Source: Nitrospirota bacterium
GTDB taxonomy: Bacteria > Nitrospirota > UBA9217
Direction: 5' to 3'
NCBI GenBank assembly: GCA_963751455.1
Contig: CAVVUN010000004.1
Span: 1-64,000 of the forward strand
Length of the DNA: 64,000 bases
Under the pieces are notes generated by a model. The model ran no database searches and was not told the origin of the DNA. It saw only the letters and a list, made by a program, of their open reading frames with translations. The position numbers and the translations under genes were made by a program. Below, in pieces: positions 8,417-18,505 of this stretch (position 1 is the stretch's first letter; the number at the start of each line of letters is the position of its first letter).

Positions 8417-11400
8417 ATGAGACCATTCCATTATCATATAATGATCGCTTTTCTGATCATGGCCATTCCCGGTGCGGCTTCAGCAGGAATCCCCGACGGC
8501 TACTGCAGCGCCCCGCCTTTCGTGACACGAAACGTCGCCCCGAACGTCATGGTGCTGATGGACAATTCCTCGGACATGTACGACGAGGCCTATAAAGGAA
8601 CGCCAACGGATCCTGCCGCAACCGATGAATACGTCCAGAATGAGACGAAGGACAACTACATCGGCTATTTTATACCGCAGGCTTGTTATGCTTATTCCAG
8701 TAAATTTGTGGAGCACGCTAAAACCCAAACGCCCGGAAGCCCCGGCCCTATTACCTGCAATACACCGAATTGCTATACAAGTTATACGTATACGGATATT
8801 TGTCCTTCCACAGCCCCGTTCCGCGGCAATCTTTTGAACTGGGCAACGATGTCCAGATACGATGTGCTGCAGAAGGTCTTGATCGGCGGCAATACGACTT
8901 CAAAGCAGGGGAATGCCCATACTTTGGAAAGCATCGGCAGTTCCTGGTCAAAGACCTACACCTACAATAATGGCGCTAATTCCTGCGTATTCAACGTCAG
9001 CAACGCAAGCTTCGAGCTTACCGAAACCGATCCGGGCCTCTGCACGCTTCTGAACGACCCGGCACCGTCCGGAGTCGCGTTCTGGTTTCAGAGACTCTAT
9101 GTACGGTTTGCCGGCTGGATTCATAATATTTATATGTATGCGTCAATTCATCTGAAGCGCCTTTCAGTATTTGCCTCCAATGCATGGGAAAAGGTAAATC
9201 TGATCGCCCAGGCATGGGCAGCGGCAGCCATCGGCACTGAAAGCGGTACTGCGGATGGGTACCTAGGGCAGACCTATAGCATAACGTTTGTTTGCAGTGG
9301 TACCGGATCGGACTGTCCTAATGGAATATATCAGTGGGTTTTTACCGACAAACCGGCATGGCTCAACTCGACTACGTACACTTCTACTCAAAATAAAACA
9401 GATTATAAGGTTACTGTGAGTGGAGCCCCGCCAGCCATCGGCAATTATACGTTCAACGTTGGCCTTACAATACGAAAAGAATCAAATAATCAAATCTTGC
9501 AGACCGCATCAACCAGCTATACCATTCATATTTCTGCGGCTACTCTCGCGATCAATACCGGAAGCCTTCCTTCGGGCGGGGTCGGCGAACTCTATTCAAC
9601 GACCGTAAGCGGCCAGGGAGGCGTATCATGCGGTGCAAACCCCTACGCGTGGTCTGCGACAAACCTTCCACCCGGGCTTTCAATCAATTCGTCTACCGGC
9701 CTCATTTCAGGGAGGCCTACGAGCAACTCAGGATCGCCTTACAGTGTTATATTGACCATGACCGACTGCGATAGCCCGGCAAAATCAATTTCAAAAATAT
9801 TATCAATAACGATTAGCGGCTCTTCTCTCGCTATCACCACAGCCAGCCTTCCTAATGGGTCTATCAGCTCGGCATATGCTCCGGCGACACTGGCCGGCTC
9901 AGGCGGGTCAGGCTCAGGCTACACATGGGCCATTACGTCGGGGTATCTGCCCTTTGGTCTTTTCCTGGATTCGAGCACAGGCGTTATATCCGGCAATACC
10001 TGTCCGTTTACGAGCGCAGGCGCGAATCCAGGCGTGCAAGGGAATGGCGCGGGGACCGGACCCGGCATTAAGAACCCGGGACAGGACGGCACGAACCCGG
10101 TTAATTATTTAAAGACCAGTTCTTTCAGTGTAAATCAAGGTCTCGTATACAAGGTAAGTTCATGCCCTGCAAGTGGCGGAAGCTGGGCCGGCAACCCGTT
10201 CTTGCAGCTCACAGGCGTTAATAATTATTACAACGATGATTCCGCTGCGTGCACTTTTGGTCCTGAGATCACCTTTACTGCCGCCGGCAACGGAACAGAA
10301 TATGTCAAGCAGTCCACGTTCGGCAACAAGAAAGTACCTGCAGGCGGCGGCGATACTTTGTGGAGCTATAATGTTATAGAAACCGGCACCGGAACACAAT
10401 GCCAGGGCACCTTCAACTTTACCGTATCCCTTACTGACAACACTCCATTCACGGTAACAAAGAATTTTTCCATCACAATAGGAGCGGGCGCTCTTGCCAT
10501 TGATACGACAAGTCTGCCGGACGCGGTCAAAAGCACACCGTATTCCGTTCAACTCCAGAGATCAGGCGGAATCGCACCGTATACTTGGTCAGCAACGGGT
10601 CTTCCCTCGGGTTTGACCATAAATGCATTAACCGGTGTAATATCAGGTACACCGGGGGCGAATACAGTAGGATCATACAACGTGAACATAACTTTGACGG
10701 GCGGCGGCACAACAAGCACGACACTGCCTCTTAACGTAGTGAGAACTCTTTCACTCAGGTCTCAGACCTTTAACGTAAAGGTTGAGCTACTCGAAGAAAC
10801 CCTCGTTGATGCAAACGGCAATGATATTTATGACTCTGATGAGCCGGGAGAAAGTTTTGTAGATTTAAACGGAAACTCCGAGTGGGACGGGAAAAAGGGC
10901 ATATTCCAGGAATTCTGGGATGCAGATAACCCCAAGGCACGCTGGGGTTTGACCAAGTATACCAACCAGGGACCTGATGTTTCCGCCTGCGTGCCTGCTT
11001 CTCCGGCATCATCTTTTTTTACCACGATACAGAATGCCACGCCTTCCAACAGCGCCCCTCTTGCCAGCATGCTGTATGGCGCAATAAATTATTATAAATC
11101 CCTCGGTGACGGGGGCCAGGGCACAGGATATCGCGGGTGCAACAACAGCGAGCCCATAGATCCCGATGTGCCATGCAGGAAGAACTTCGTGCTGGTCCTC
11201 AGTTCCGGCAATGATGTCAGCGGCACGAATTTCAGCCAGAACACATGTTCTGTACCGAACAGCTCTGCCCCGCTCGTACAGAACGCATGCTATGCAAACA
11301 GCAATGATCTCCGGAGCGATGTAACAGGGACACAATTGGTCTATACATACGTGGTAAACACCATGGGGACGCTGAACAACGCGGTTTTGCAGGATACGGC

Positions 11401-13921
11401 TATTGCCGGCGGAGGCAAGTATTACGACGGGTCCAATATTGCCAACCTGAGGAACCAGCTGGTTCAGGCGATCCAGGACATTCTCAGCAAAGCTGCTTCC
11501 GGAACTGCTGTTTCGGTGCTGACTACGTCTTCGCGGGGCGTGGGTTCGGTGGTCCAGGCTTACTTCCTGCCGTCGCGGCAGGACGGAACGCGTAATATCA
11601 TGTGGACGGGATACATGCAGAACATATGGGTCGATCCCATGGACAACCTGAGAGACGATTACAGCGGCAGCGAGAGTGCTGCTCCCGACAAACAGCTGGA
11701 CCTGGAAAAGGACCGGATCATTCAGATGTATTTCAATGAAACGACCAAGGAAACCGAGGCGGGACTGTTCACTACAGGAGTGGACGGTACAGGAGGCACC
11801 ATGGCCTCGTGTTCCAATCCCGTCGTAAAACCGTTCGCGCAGGTTAAAGCGCTCTGGGAAGCGGGAAATCAGCTCGCAAATACCGCGCCTGCAAATCGTA
11901 ACATCTTTACTTCGAGCAAGGTGCTTCGCGGAAGCTCCACGGTGAAGACGATAACCTTTTCAATTAATAATTTCCTTGCAGCATCGTTTGATTCCGACAT
12001 GTCCGCTGCATTAAATCCTGACGCGACGTACACTGCGGGCAACATCATCAGCTTTGTGAGAGGCGACTGCCTGGAGACGGTTGGTGGAGGCGCGACCTGC
12101 ACTAACATACTTGATTCGAACTACCGCGACAGGCGCATCAATGGCAAGGTTTGGAAACTCGGTGACATCATTAGTTCTACACCCAAGGTGCTCTCCAACA
12201 CTCCGCTCAACACGTACCACATTGATTACAGCGACGCCACATATCATTCATTTATCTCCTCTACCGCATATAAGCACAGAGCGTCGATTGCGCTGGTGGG
12301 GGCGAATGACGGCATGGTCCACGCATTTAGGGTTGGCTATCTGAAGGACACCGGTCTTAGCGGCACGATGAAAGCACTTTTTAAAAATACTTTCTTATCG
12401 GACGACACAACAGGCAGGGATGAACTGGGGAACGAAGTCTGGGCGTATATTCCTTATAATGCCTTCCCTTATCTTAAGTATCTTGCGGATCCCAGCTACG
12501 GCGCTCCTTGCCACATCTATTTCAACGACCTTTCCGTCCGGCTCGTTGACGTAACCACGAACGGCGCTGCCGATGCCGACAAAACCGGAAGCTCATGGGA
12601 GACGATTCTCATCGGCGGAATGCGGCTGGGCGGTTCGTGTTCAGGCGGCACCCCGAATGGCCCTCCTACTCCAGCGCTCGCAGCTGCAAGCGTCGGTTTC
12701 TCCTCTTTCTTTGCCCTTAATGTTACGGATCCGGAACATCCTATACCCCTTTGGGAGTTCTCTGACGCCGATCTCGGATACACGACATCATTTCCGACCG
12801 TCATTAGAACAGGCCCGAAAAACAAGAACGGGAACTGGTACGTGGCGTTTGGCTCCGGCCCCACTATTCTCGCGAGGAGCGGCACGGATATCGGCCGCTC
12901 CAGCGCCGGGAATCTCTATATTCTTGACCTGAAGACCGGCAATAACCCCAAAAAGATTCCGCTTGGTCACAACGCCATTGTGAGCGATATTCTGTCCGTC
13001 GACTCAGACAAGGATTATCATTCCGAAAAGATCTACTTCGGGACCTCATATCTGGATGCGGGCGTCTGGAAAGGAAAAATTATGAGCATTGCTGTCCCGA
13101 ACGAGGACCTGTCGAGTTGGACCCCTTCCTATACGGTCCTGTTTACGGGCAACTATCCGTTTACGGCTTCTCCGGACGCGACAAAGGACGACAAGGGAAA
13201 TATCTGGGTCTACGCAGGCTCCGGAAAATATTATAGCGACGTTGACGAAGGTGATGCTTCGGGTCAAATATTCATAGGCTTCCAGGATAAGAATACGCTG
13301 GTCGTCGAAGGGGCAAGCAGTTCATGCCCGGCAACGCCGTCCAGCTGCCCGGCTGGCTCACTATGCGATGTTACGACCTGTACAACGGAAGGTGACGTGG
13401 GCTCCACTGTTCAGGAGTGCATGTATTCCGGGGGGTCATTCGGATACCAGACCGTGGTGACATCGGTCGCCAGCGCTTCCATCCAGCCGAAGAGCAACAT
13501 AGGATGGAAGATTTATCTGTCGCTGAATGGAGAAAGGGTCATATCCCGGCCACTTGCGGTCGGAGGTCTTGTCGACTTCCTGACGTATGTGCCGTCCGGC
13601 AGCTTATGCGATTTCGGCGGGGACAGTCACCTCTATTCCGTGGATTATACGACCGGGCTGGCCCCGAAGAACATTGCAATTCGGGCGCCGGGAGCGACGT
13701 CCGGTACTGCCGGGACGGTTACCGTGAAACGAAGTATCAGACTCGGTCCGGGTGCGCCGCCGTCAGGCGAAGCCATCATTCTTGCGCCGCAAAAGGACAC
13801 CGCAGGGAACCAGGACAAGCTCAAGAAGAAGATCCAGGTTGCTACAGGTGTCATCGTCGAAGCCGAGAATAAACCTATAATCTCGACATCGCCGAAATTC
13901 ATGCACTGGCTGAAGAAGTAA
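8417..13921 (+). CDS. pilY1: PilY1/PilC tip adhesin with inserted Ig-like (He_PIG) repeats
   Basis: Signal peptide; PPF…PNVMVLMDNS vWA-like start; LPxGLxIxxxTGxISGxP Ig repeats; PilY1 propeller motifs WKLGDIISSTP, VGANDGMVHAF, EVWAYIP, PLWEF, VYAGSGKY, GERVISRP. Confidence 0.9.
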   Translation: MRPFHYHIMIAFLIMAIPGAASAGIPDGYCSAPPFVTRNVAPNVMVLMDNSSDMYDEAYKGTPTDPAATDEYVQNETKDNYIGYFIPQACYAYSSKFVEHAKTQTPGSPGPITCNTPNCYTSYTYTDICPSTAPFRGNLLNWATMSRYDVLQKVLIGGNTTSKQGNAHTLESIGSSWSKTYTYNNGANSCVFNVSNASFELTETDPGLCTLLNDPAPSGVAFWFQRLYVRFAGWIHNIYMYASIHLKRLSVFASNAWEKVNLIAQAWAAAAIGTESGTADGYLGQTYSITFVCSGTGSDCPNGIYQWVFTDKPAWLNSTTYTSTQNKTDYKVTVSGAPPAIGNYTFNVGLTIRKESNNQILQTASTSYTIHISAATLAINTGSLPSGGVGELYSTTVSGQGGVSCGANPYAWSATNLPPGLSINSSTGLISGRPTSNSGSPYSVILTMTDCDSPAKSISKILSITISGSSLAITTASLPNGSISSAYAPATLAGSGGSGSGYTWAITSGYLPFGLFLDSSTGVISGNTCPFTSAGANPGVQGNGAGTGPGIKNPGQDGTNPVNYLKTSSFSVNQGLVYKVSSCPASGGSWAGNPFLQLTGVNNYYNDDSAACTFGPEITFTAAGNGTEYVKQSTFGNKKVPAGGGDTLWSYNVIETGTGTQCQGTFNFTVSLTDNTPFTVTKNFSITIGAGALAIDTTSLPDAVKSTPYSVQLQRSGGIAPYTWSATGLPSGLTINALTGVISGTPGANTVGSYNVNITLTGGGTTSTTLPLNVVRTLSLRSQTFNVKVELLEETLVDANGNDIYDSDEPGESFVDLNGNSEWDGKKGIFQEFWDADNPKARWGLTKYTNQGPDVSACVPASPASSFFTTIQNATPSNSAPLASMLYGAINYYKSLGDGGQGTGYRGCNNSEPIDPDVPCRKNFVLVLSSGNDVSGTNFSQNTCSVPNSSAPLVQNACYANSNDLRSDVTGTQLVYTYVVNTMGTLNNAVLQDTAIAGGGKYYDGSNIANLRNQLVQAIQDILSKAASGTAVSVLTTSSRGVGSVVQAYFLPSRQDGTRNIMWTGYMQNIWVDPMDNLRDDYSGSESAAPDKQLDLEKDRIIQMYFNETTKETEAGLFTTGVDGTGGTMASCSNPVVKPFAQVKALWEAGNQLANTAPANRNIFTSSKVLRGSSTVKTITFSINNFLAASFDSDMSAALNPDATYTAGNIISFVRGDCLETVGGGATCTNILDSNYRDRRINGKVWKLGDIISSTPKVLSNTPLNTYHIDYSDATYHSFISSTAYKHRASIALVGANDGMVHAFRVGYLKDTGLSGTMKALFKNTFLSDDTTGRDELGNEVWAYIPYNAFPYLKYLADPSYGAPCHIYFNDLSVRLVDVTTNGAADADKTGSSWETILIGGMRLGGSCSGGTPNGPPTPALAAASVGFSSFFALNVTDPEHPIPLWEFSDADLGYTTSFPTVIRTGPKNKNGNWYVAFGSGPTILARSGTDIGRSSAGNLYILDLKTGNNPKKIPLGHNAIVSDILSVDSDKDYHSEKIYFGTSYLDAGVWKGKIMSIAVPNEDLSSWTPSYTVLFTGNYPFTASPDATKDDKGNIWVYAGSGKYYSDVDEGDASGQIFIGFQDKNTLVVEGASSSCPATPSSCPAGSLCDVTTCTTEGDVGSTVQECMYSGGSFGYQTVVTSVASASIQPKSNIGWKIYLSLNGERVISRPLAVGGLVDFLTYVPSGSLCDFGGDSHLYSVDYTTGLAPKNIAIRAPGATSGTAGTVTVKRSIRLGPGAPPSGEAIILAPQKDTAGNQDKLKKKIQVATGVIVEAENKPIISTSPKFMHWLKK

Positions 13922-13950
13922 GTTCAGTGGGGAAAGCGAAATCTCATTAA

Positions 13951-13980
13951 GGGGCAACCTTCCGGGTTGCCCCTGTTGTT
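13951..13980 (+). terminator. Probable intrinsic terminator after pilY1
   Basis: GGGGCAACC-ttccg-GGTTGCCCC followed by TGTTGTT. Confidence 0.6.
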
Positions 13981-14016
13981 GTCAGCACGACAAAAATACA
14001 GAACAGAGAACAATTA

Positions 14017-14091
14017 CCGCAAAAATGCGCAAGAAGCGCAAGAAAAGCAATGTCCGTTTTAACTCTTTTGCGAATTTGCGCATCTTTGCGG
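14017..14091. repeat. Long imperfect inverted repeat with periodic arms (REP/MITE-like)
   Basis: CCGCAAAAATGCGCAAGAAGCGCAAG … TTGCGAATTTGCGCATCTTTGCGG. Confidence 0.6.
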
Positions 14092-14133
14092 CGGAATGTC
14101 TTTCGTTTTTTGGTGCGGGCCGGAGGTAGCGTT

Positions 14134-15144
14134 ATGATTAAGAAGAAACAAACACAAAAGCCGGTAGAGAAACCGGCGACTAAGAAAAAGCCATATGGGG
14201 CTTATGGTTCGATCGCGGCAGTCGTCCTTGTCCTTGCCATATCGTTTTTTCTTATGTTTCGCAGCGCATCCAAACCGGCAGTTTTCTTAGATGGTGATGC
14301 AGGGACGGTAATGCAATCGGACGGATTATTTTCCGGCTCGGCAGCGATATCTCCGGATGCGCCCACTTCGACAATGCCCTTGACAATAAAATACGATGAT
14401 CAGGGAGATGGTGCTCGATACGAGTTTCGATGGTATCTGAACGACAGACTGGTGAAGGAAGGCGCAGAGCCGGTACTTGAGCCGGGGATGTATAAGAAGG
14501 GGGATTCGGTATACGTCGAAATCGTCCTTTTTAAGGGGGATAAGGCGGGTCAGCCTTTCAAAACCGTACCGAAAAAGATCGCAAATGGAGCACCCTCGCC
14601 GCCTTCAATATCCCTGACTCCACTCAATCCTGCTCCCGGAGAGGAGATCACCGCGGTTGCCGTGGCTCAGGATCCTGACGGGGACACCGTCTCGTATCGC
14701 TACAAATGGACTGTAAACGGTCAATTGGTACCGGGCTTGACGCCTGATACGAGTAAATTAAACACCAGGGGATTTAAAAAGAAAGACACTGTCTGCGTAA
14801 CGATAACGCCTTTTGACGGCGAGATTGAGGGAGCAGCCAGATTATCGGATCTGATTACGCTCTTTAATTCAGGTCCCAAGATCACTTCCACGCCGCCGAC
14901 AAACATTTCAAACGGTGTATACACCTACCAGGTAACGGCAATGGATACGGACGGAGACAAACTTTCGTATAGTCTTCTCACGGCTCCCGCGGGAATGCAG
15001 ATCAATTCGTCAACCGGACTGATTCAGTGGGCACTGCCCGGGCAGGTAACGGAGAAGCAGGAAATACCGGTAAAAATAAGGGTCGAAGACGGCGACGGCG
15101 GAAGCATATCGCAGGCATATTCGCTCTTCCTCGAAATGAAGTGA
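14134..15144 (+). CDS. Membrane-anchored Ig/cadherin-like domain protein
   Basis: GGAGG RBS; basic N-terminus plus one TM helix; DPDGDTVSYRYKW, DTDGDKLSYSL, PAGMQINSSTGLIQW. Confidence 0.75.
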   Translation: MIKKKQTQKPVEKPATKKKPYGAYGSIAAVVLVLAISFFLMFRSASKPAVFLDGDAGTVMQSDGLFSGSAAISPDAPTSTMPLTIKYDDQGDGARYEFRWYLNDRLVKEGAEPVLEPGMYKKGDSVYVEIVLFKGDKAGQPFKTVPKKIANGAPSPPSISLTPLNPAPGEEITAVAVAQDPDGDTVSYRYKWTVNGQLVPGLTPDTSKLNTRGFKKKDTVCVTITPFDGEIEGAARLSDLITLFNSGPKITSTPPTNISNGVYTYQVTAMDTDGDKLSYSLLTAPAGMQINSSTGLIQWALPGQVTEKQEIPVKIRVEDGDGGSISQAYSLFLEMK

Positions 15145-15314
15145 TATGGTATAGTGAAACAATGCAAAATAACAATGACCCGAATTACTAACAAATTCCA
15201 AATCTCAAGCGCCGCATTCCGGTAAAATCCCAATGATCTATTATAAGTCATGGCCTCCGGCCATGCCGCAATTTTTCAATTTGCATTTTGCAATTTGAAA
15301 TCGTTATAAATCTT

Positions 15315-15896
15315 ATGACCAAACCCATTATTCTTGCTTCGCAATCACCCCGCCGTCGTGAGTTACTGAACCAGATTGGATTGACCTTCACTACAGCTCC
15401 TGCTGACGTGGACGAGCGCATGCTGGAACACGAGCCGGCGGAAGAATACGCCGTTCGTTTGTCGCACGAGAAGGCGCATACTGCCGCTGTACGAGGAAAT
15501 TCCGGTATCGTCATTGCCGCCGACACTATCGTTGTCGTGGACAATGTCGTCCTTGGGAAGCCGCTTGACGCCCGTGATGCCGAGCGCATGCTTCGCCTGC
15601 TTTCAGGCAGGGACCACGAGGTCATTACCGGCGTATCAGTCCTCGATATCGAAACCGGAAAAGAACGCTCCGCAAATTCAGTGACCAGGGTCTGGTTCAG
15701 AGACCTGACTGCAGTGGAAATCTCCGGATACGTAGCGAGCGGAGAGCCGCTGGACAAGGCAGGGGCATATGGGATTCAGGAAAAAGGGGCTCTGCTTGTA
15801 CGGAAAATAGAAGGGTGTTATTCAAATGTGGTCGGTCTTCCGCTCTCCCTGCTCGTGGAACTGCTGAAAGAATTCGGCATATCGATCTTGAAATAA
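15315..15896 (+). CDS. maf: Maf family nucleotide pyrophosphatase
   Basis: ILASQSPRRRELL, IAADTIV, LGKP, EPLDKAGAYGIQ, NVVGLP. Confidence 0.95.
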   Translation: MTKPIILASQSPRRRELLNQIGLTFTTAPADVDERMLEHEPAEEYAVRLSHEKAHTAAVRGNSGIVIAADTIVVVDNVVLGKPLDARDAERMLRLLSGRDHEVITGVSVLDIETGKERSANSVTRVWFRDLTAVEISGYVASGEPLDKAGAYGIQEKGALLVRKIEGCYSNVVGLPLSLLVELLKEFGISILK

Positions 15897-15996
15897 AATT
15901 TGCTCGTGAATAGTTTCATACCCGGCTCGGTCCCACGCGTCTTGTCGTTGTTGCTTACCACCCAAAAAACGACCAAAAAAAAATTTATCTCTGCGC

Positions 15997-16025
15997 TTGA
16001 CAACCCCCTGCTATCATTCTAAAAT
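15997..16025 (+). promoter_or_regulatory. Putative sigma70 promoter of the LuxR-family gene
   Basis: TTGACA-17 bp-TAAAAT. Confidence 0.65.
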
Positions 16026-16080
16026 ATTAATAGTGATAACAACTTAGAGGAAAACATCTTTTATTTGGGGGTGAACTACT

Positions 16081-16725
16081 GTGACTGCTATTCGAATAAT
16101 GATCGTTGACAACGATGCCGCACAAGTCGAAACATTGCGAGCGGCCCTTAACCGGCAAGAAGAGTTCGAGATATTGTCCGTTGTATCGGCGAGGGAAACC
16201 GCGATCAAGCAACTGGCGAGCACGCCTGATATTCTGATTCTGAACCCTGAAATTCTGAAACAACGTACTTTGTCGCGCTTCATTCACTCGGTGCAGATCA
16301 AGTCTCCTTCCACCCGGGTAATGAGCGTGCTGAAGGATATGCCGGTCGACGACAACGCCATTTCGGACATCAAGGCCGGCATACGGGGATATTTCAGGAT
16401 TTCCGAATCGCCGGATATCATCTCGAAAGCCGTTCGGTCGGTGCATTCCGGCGAAATATGGGCCGAGCGCAGGATTCTGGAAAAGGCGATCGCAAAACCG
16501 ATGCTTTTGCCGGAGACCCTTCAGTCTCATGTCCCTGGCCTTCCTCCTCTCACGAACAGGGAGATGGAAATGCTGACGCTCGTGCTGCAGGGGGCCACGA
16601 ACAGGGAAATTGCCGATACGAGCAAAATCAGCGAAAGAACTGTAAAAACGCACCTTTACAGGGTTTACCGAAAGCTCAAGGTAAAGAGCAGAACGAAGGC
16701 AATAGCGCTGTTGTCGCACGCCTGA
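16081..16725 (+). CDS. NarL/LuxR-family response regulator (atypical receiver)
   Basis: Receiver-like N-terminus IRIMIVDND; LuxR HTH LTNREMEMLTLVLQGATNREIA…ISERTVKTHLYRVYRKLKV. Confidence 0.9.
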   Translation: MTAIRIMIVDNDAAQVETLRAALNRQEEFEILSVVSARETAIKQLASTPDILILNPEILKQRTLSRFIHSVQIKSPSTRVMSVLKDMPVDDNAISDIKAGIRGYFRISESPDIISKAVRSVHSGEIWAERRILEKAIAKPMLLPETLQSHVPGLPPLTNREMEMLTLVLQGATNREIADTSKISERTVKTHLYRVYRKLKVKSRTKAIALLSHA

Positions 16726-16765
16726 TTTTTTGACAATATTTCCACAAAATACAACTTTAGAGGTA

Positions 16766-16793
16766 TTGACACCGGGAATTTCACTGATATGCT
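16766..16793 (+). promoter_or_regulatory. Putative sigma70 promoter of the candidate sRNA
   Basis: TTGACA-16 bp-TATGCT with TG extension. Confidence 0.55.
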
Positions 16794-16799
16794 TGTACC

Positions 16800-17002
16800 A
16801 TAAGAGCTGTGCTGTAGTAGGTTTTGTCAGCTTAAGGCTAAAGCAACGCGGTTAACTTACCCCCCCTATGAGCAGAGTTAAAGCCGCACCGAGATAACAA
16901 CTAGATGCCAAAGGCGTGAACAGCCTGGTAAAAACATCTTGTCAATCCAACAATATACGCAGCACAGCCTGTGGGCGTCCCGATCAGTCGGGACGCCTTT
17001 TT
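16800..17002 (+). ncRNA. Candidate structured small RNA (family not recognised)
   Basis: Own promoter; 5'/3' closing stem GCTGTGCTG (16806-14)/CAGCACAGC (16960-68); internal stems GCGGTTAACT/AGTTAAAGCCGC and AGATG/CATCT; strong terminator; no credible ORF. Confidence 0.55.
16974..17002 (+). terminator. Intrinsic terminator
   Basis: GGCGTCCCGA-tcag-TCGGGACGCC-TTTTT. Confidence 0.85.
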
Positions 17003-17101
17003 CATGCTGTTGCACCGGTAAGTCCTCAGTTTTTCCTTACCGAAGAAACAGCCCTTATTTTGCTTGTTGACGTCCTGCCGGAATGACGCTATCCTAATCG
17101 C

Positions 17102-18376
17102 ATGATTGCACCCCTCATTCTCATCATCGTCTATCTGGTCGTACTGGGGACCGGTTATTGGCTCAAATATCTCAATTTTACCCACTTGCGGACTTACGGC
17201 AGGACCGTTCCTCCGGAATTTCAGGACACTATAGACCCGGTTCTGCTGAAGAAGATCGCCGATTATACTGTAGAGAACAGCAGGATGGGATTGATAGAAT
17301 CGATTATCGGCAATGTCATCCTTATTATTTTCCTGTTCTTCGGCTTACTTGGCGCTTACGACCGATGGATTGCTTCCATTGCCGACTCGTTTGTGGCCGC
17401 AGGGGTGCTTTTTGTCGTTGTTCTCGTTCTCGCCGAAACCGTTATCGATGTTCCGTTCAGCCTCTACCGTCATTTCAGGATTGAGAACCGCTACGGTTTC
17501 AACACCATGACCGTCCGTCTCTGGTTTGCTGATCTGGTAAAGTCGTTTTTGATTTCCGTAATTCTCGGGTCAATGGTAACCGCGGTTGCCCTCTCCATTG
17601 TGCAGGCCAGCCCTGCCTGGTGGTGGTTCTGGGTCTGGGCTTTTCTGCTGGTTTTCGGTATTTTCATGATGTATATCTCACCCTACGTGATCGAGCCGCT
17701 CTTTCTCAAGTTCGAGCCTGTCAAGGCCGAAGGACTGGAGCAGAAGATCAGGCAGCTCATGGACAGGGCCGGACTGAAGGTGAGCCGTGTCTTCCAGGTG
17801 GATGCTTCCCGCCGGAGCCGCCACTCGAACGCGTATTTCACGGGCATCGGGCGGGTCAAACGGATCGTGCTCTTCGATACCTTGATCGAGCAGATGAGCC
17901 AGGATGAGATCGCAGCGGTCCTTGCACACGAGGTCGGACATTGGAAAAAAAAGCATGTGCTGAAGCGGGTCGTCCTTTCAGAAGCCGCCGCATTCGCCGG
18001 ATTGCTGATTGCGTATAATCTTCTCAACTGGCAGCGACTTCCGGGCCTGATCGGGCTGCAGGACGCTTCGTTCTATGCACGCGTTATCATTACCGGTTTT
18101 CTCGGATCGCTCGTGTTGTTTCCGCTTACACCGCTTTCCAGCTTTTATTCCCGTCGCCATGAATATGAAGCCGACCGGTTCGCATCAGACCTGACGGAAC
18201 GTCCGGATGCAATGGCTTCGGCCCTGGTCAAACTTTCGCGGGAAAACCTTTCGAACCTCCATCCCCATCCTCTGTATGCGAAATTTTACTATTCTCATCC
18301 TCCGGTCGTCGAGAGGATCAGGGCGCTCAAAGCACGAGTGGCGAGGAATGAGGGACGCATTCGTCCATCGTCCTAG
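17102..18376 (+). CDS. M48 family (Ste24-like) membrane zinc metalloprotease
   Basis: Multiple TM helices; SNAYFTGIG, KRIVLFDTL, VLAHEVGHW, EYEADRF, YSHPPVVERI. Confidence 0.93.
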   Translation: MIAPLILIIVYLVVLGTGYWLKYLNFTHLRTYGRTVPPEFQDTIDPVLLKKIADYTVENSRMGLIESIIGNVILIIFLFFGLLGAYDRWIASIADSFVAAGVLFVVVLVLAETVIDVPFSLYRHFRIENRYGFNTMTVRLWFADLVKSFLISVILGSMVTAVALSIVQASPAWWWFWVWAFLLVFGIFMMYISPYVIEPLFLKFEPVKAEGLEQKIRQLMDRAGLKVSRVFQVDASRRSRHSNAYFTGIGRVKRIVLFDTLIEQMSQDEIAAVLAHEVGHWKKKHVLKRVVLSEAAAFAGLLIAYNLLNWQRLPGLIGLQDASFYARVIITGFLGSLVLFPLTPLSSFYSRRHEYEADRFASDLTERPDAMASALVKLSRENLSNLHPHPLYAKFYYSHPPVVERIRALKARVARNEGRIRPSS

Positions 18377-18505
18377 CGAGCGCAGCTTGCGGTCGTCCAT
18401 CGTCTATTGTTGCTCAAGAGCGCGATCACCCTCGCATCTTCATATCTTTCTCTCTTCGCGATTTTCCAATTGACCTCTGTCGTTCGGTTATGTTATTGTG
18501 ATTCC

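Noticed and set aside
16027-16719. 230-aa minus-strand ORF
   Set aside because: Antisense shadow of the LuxR-family gene with no recognisable motifs.
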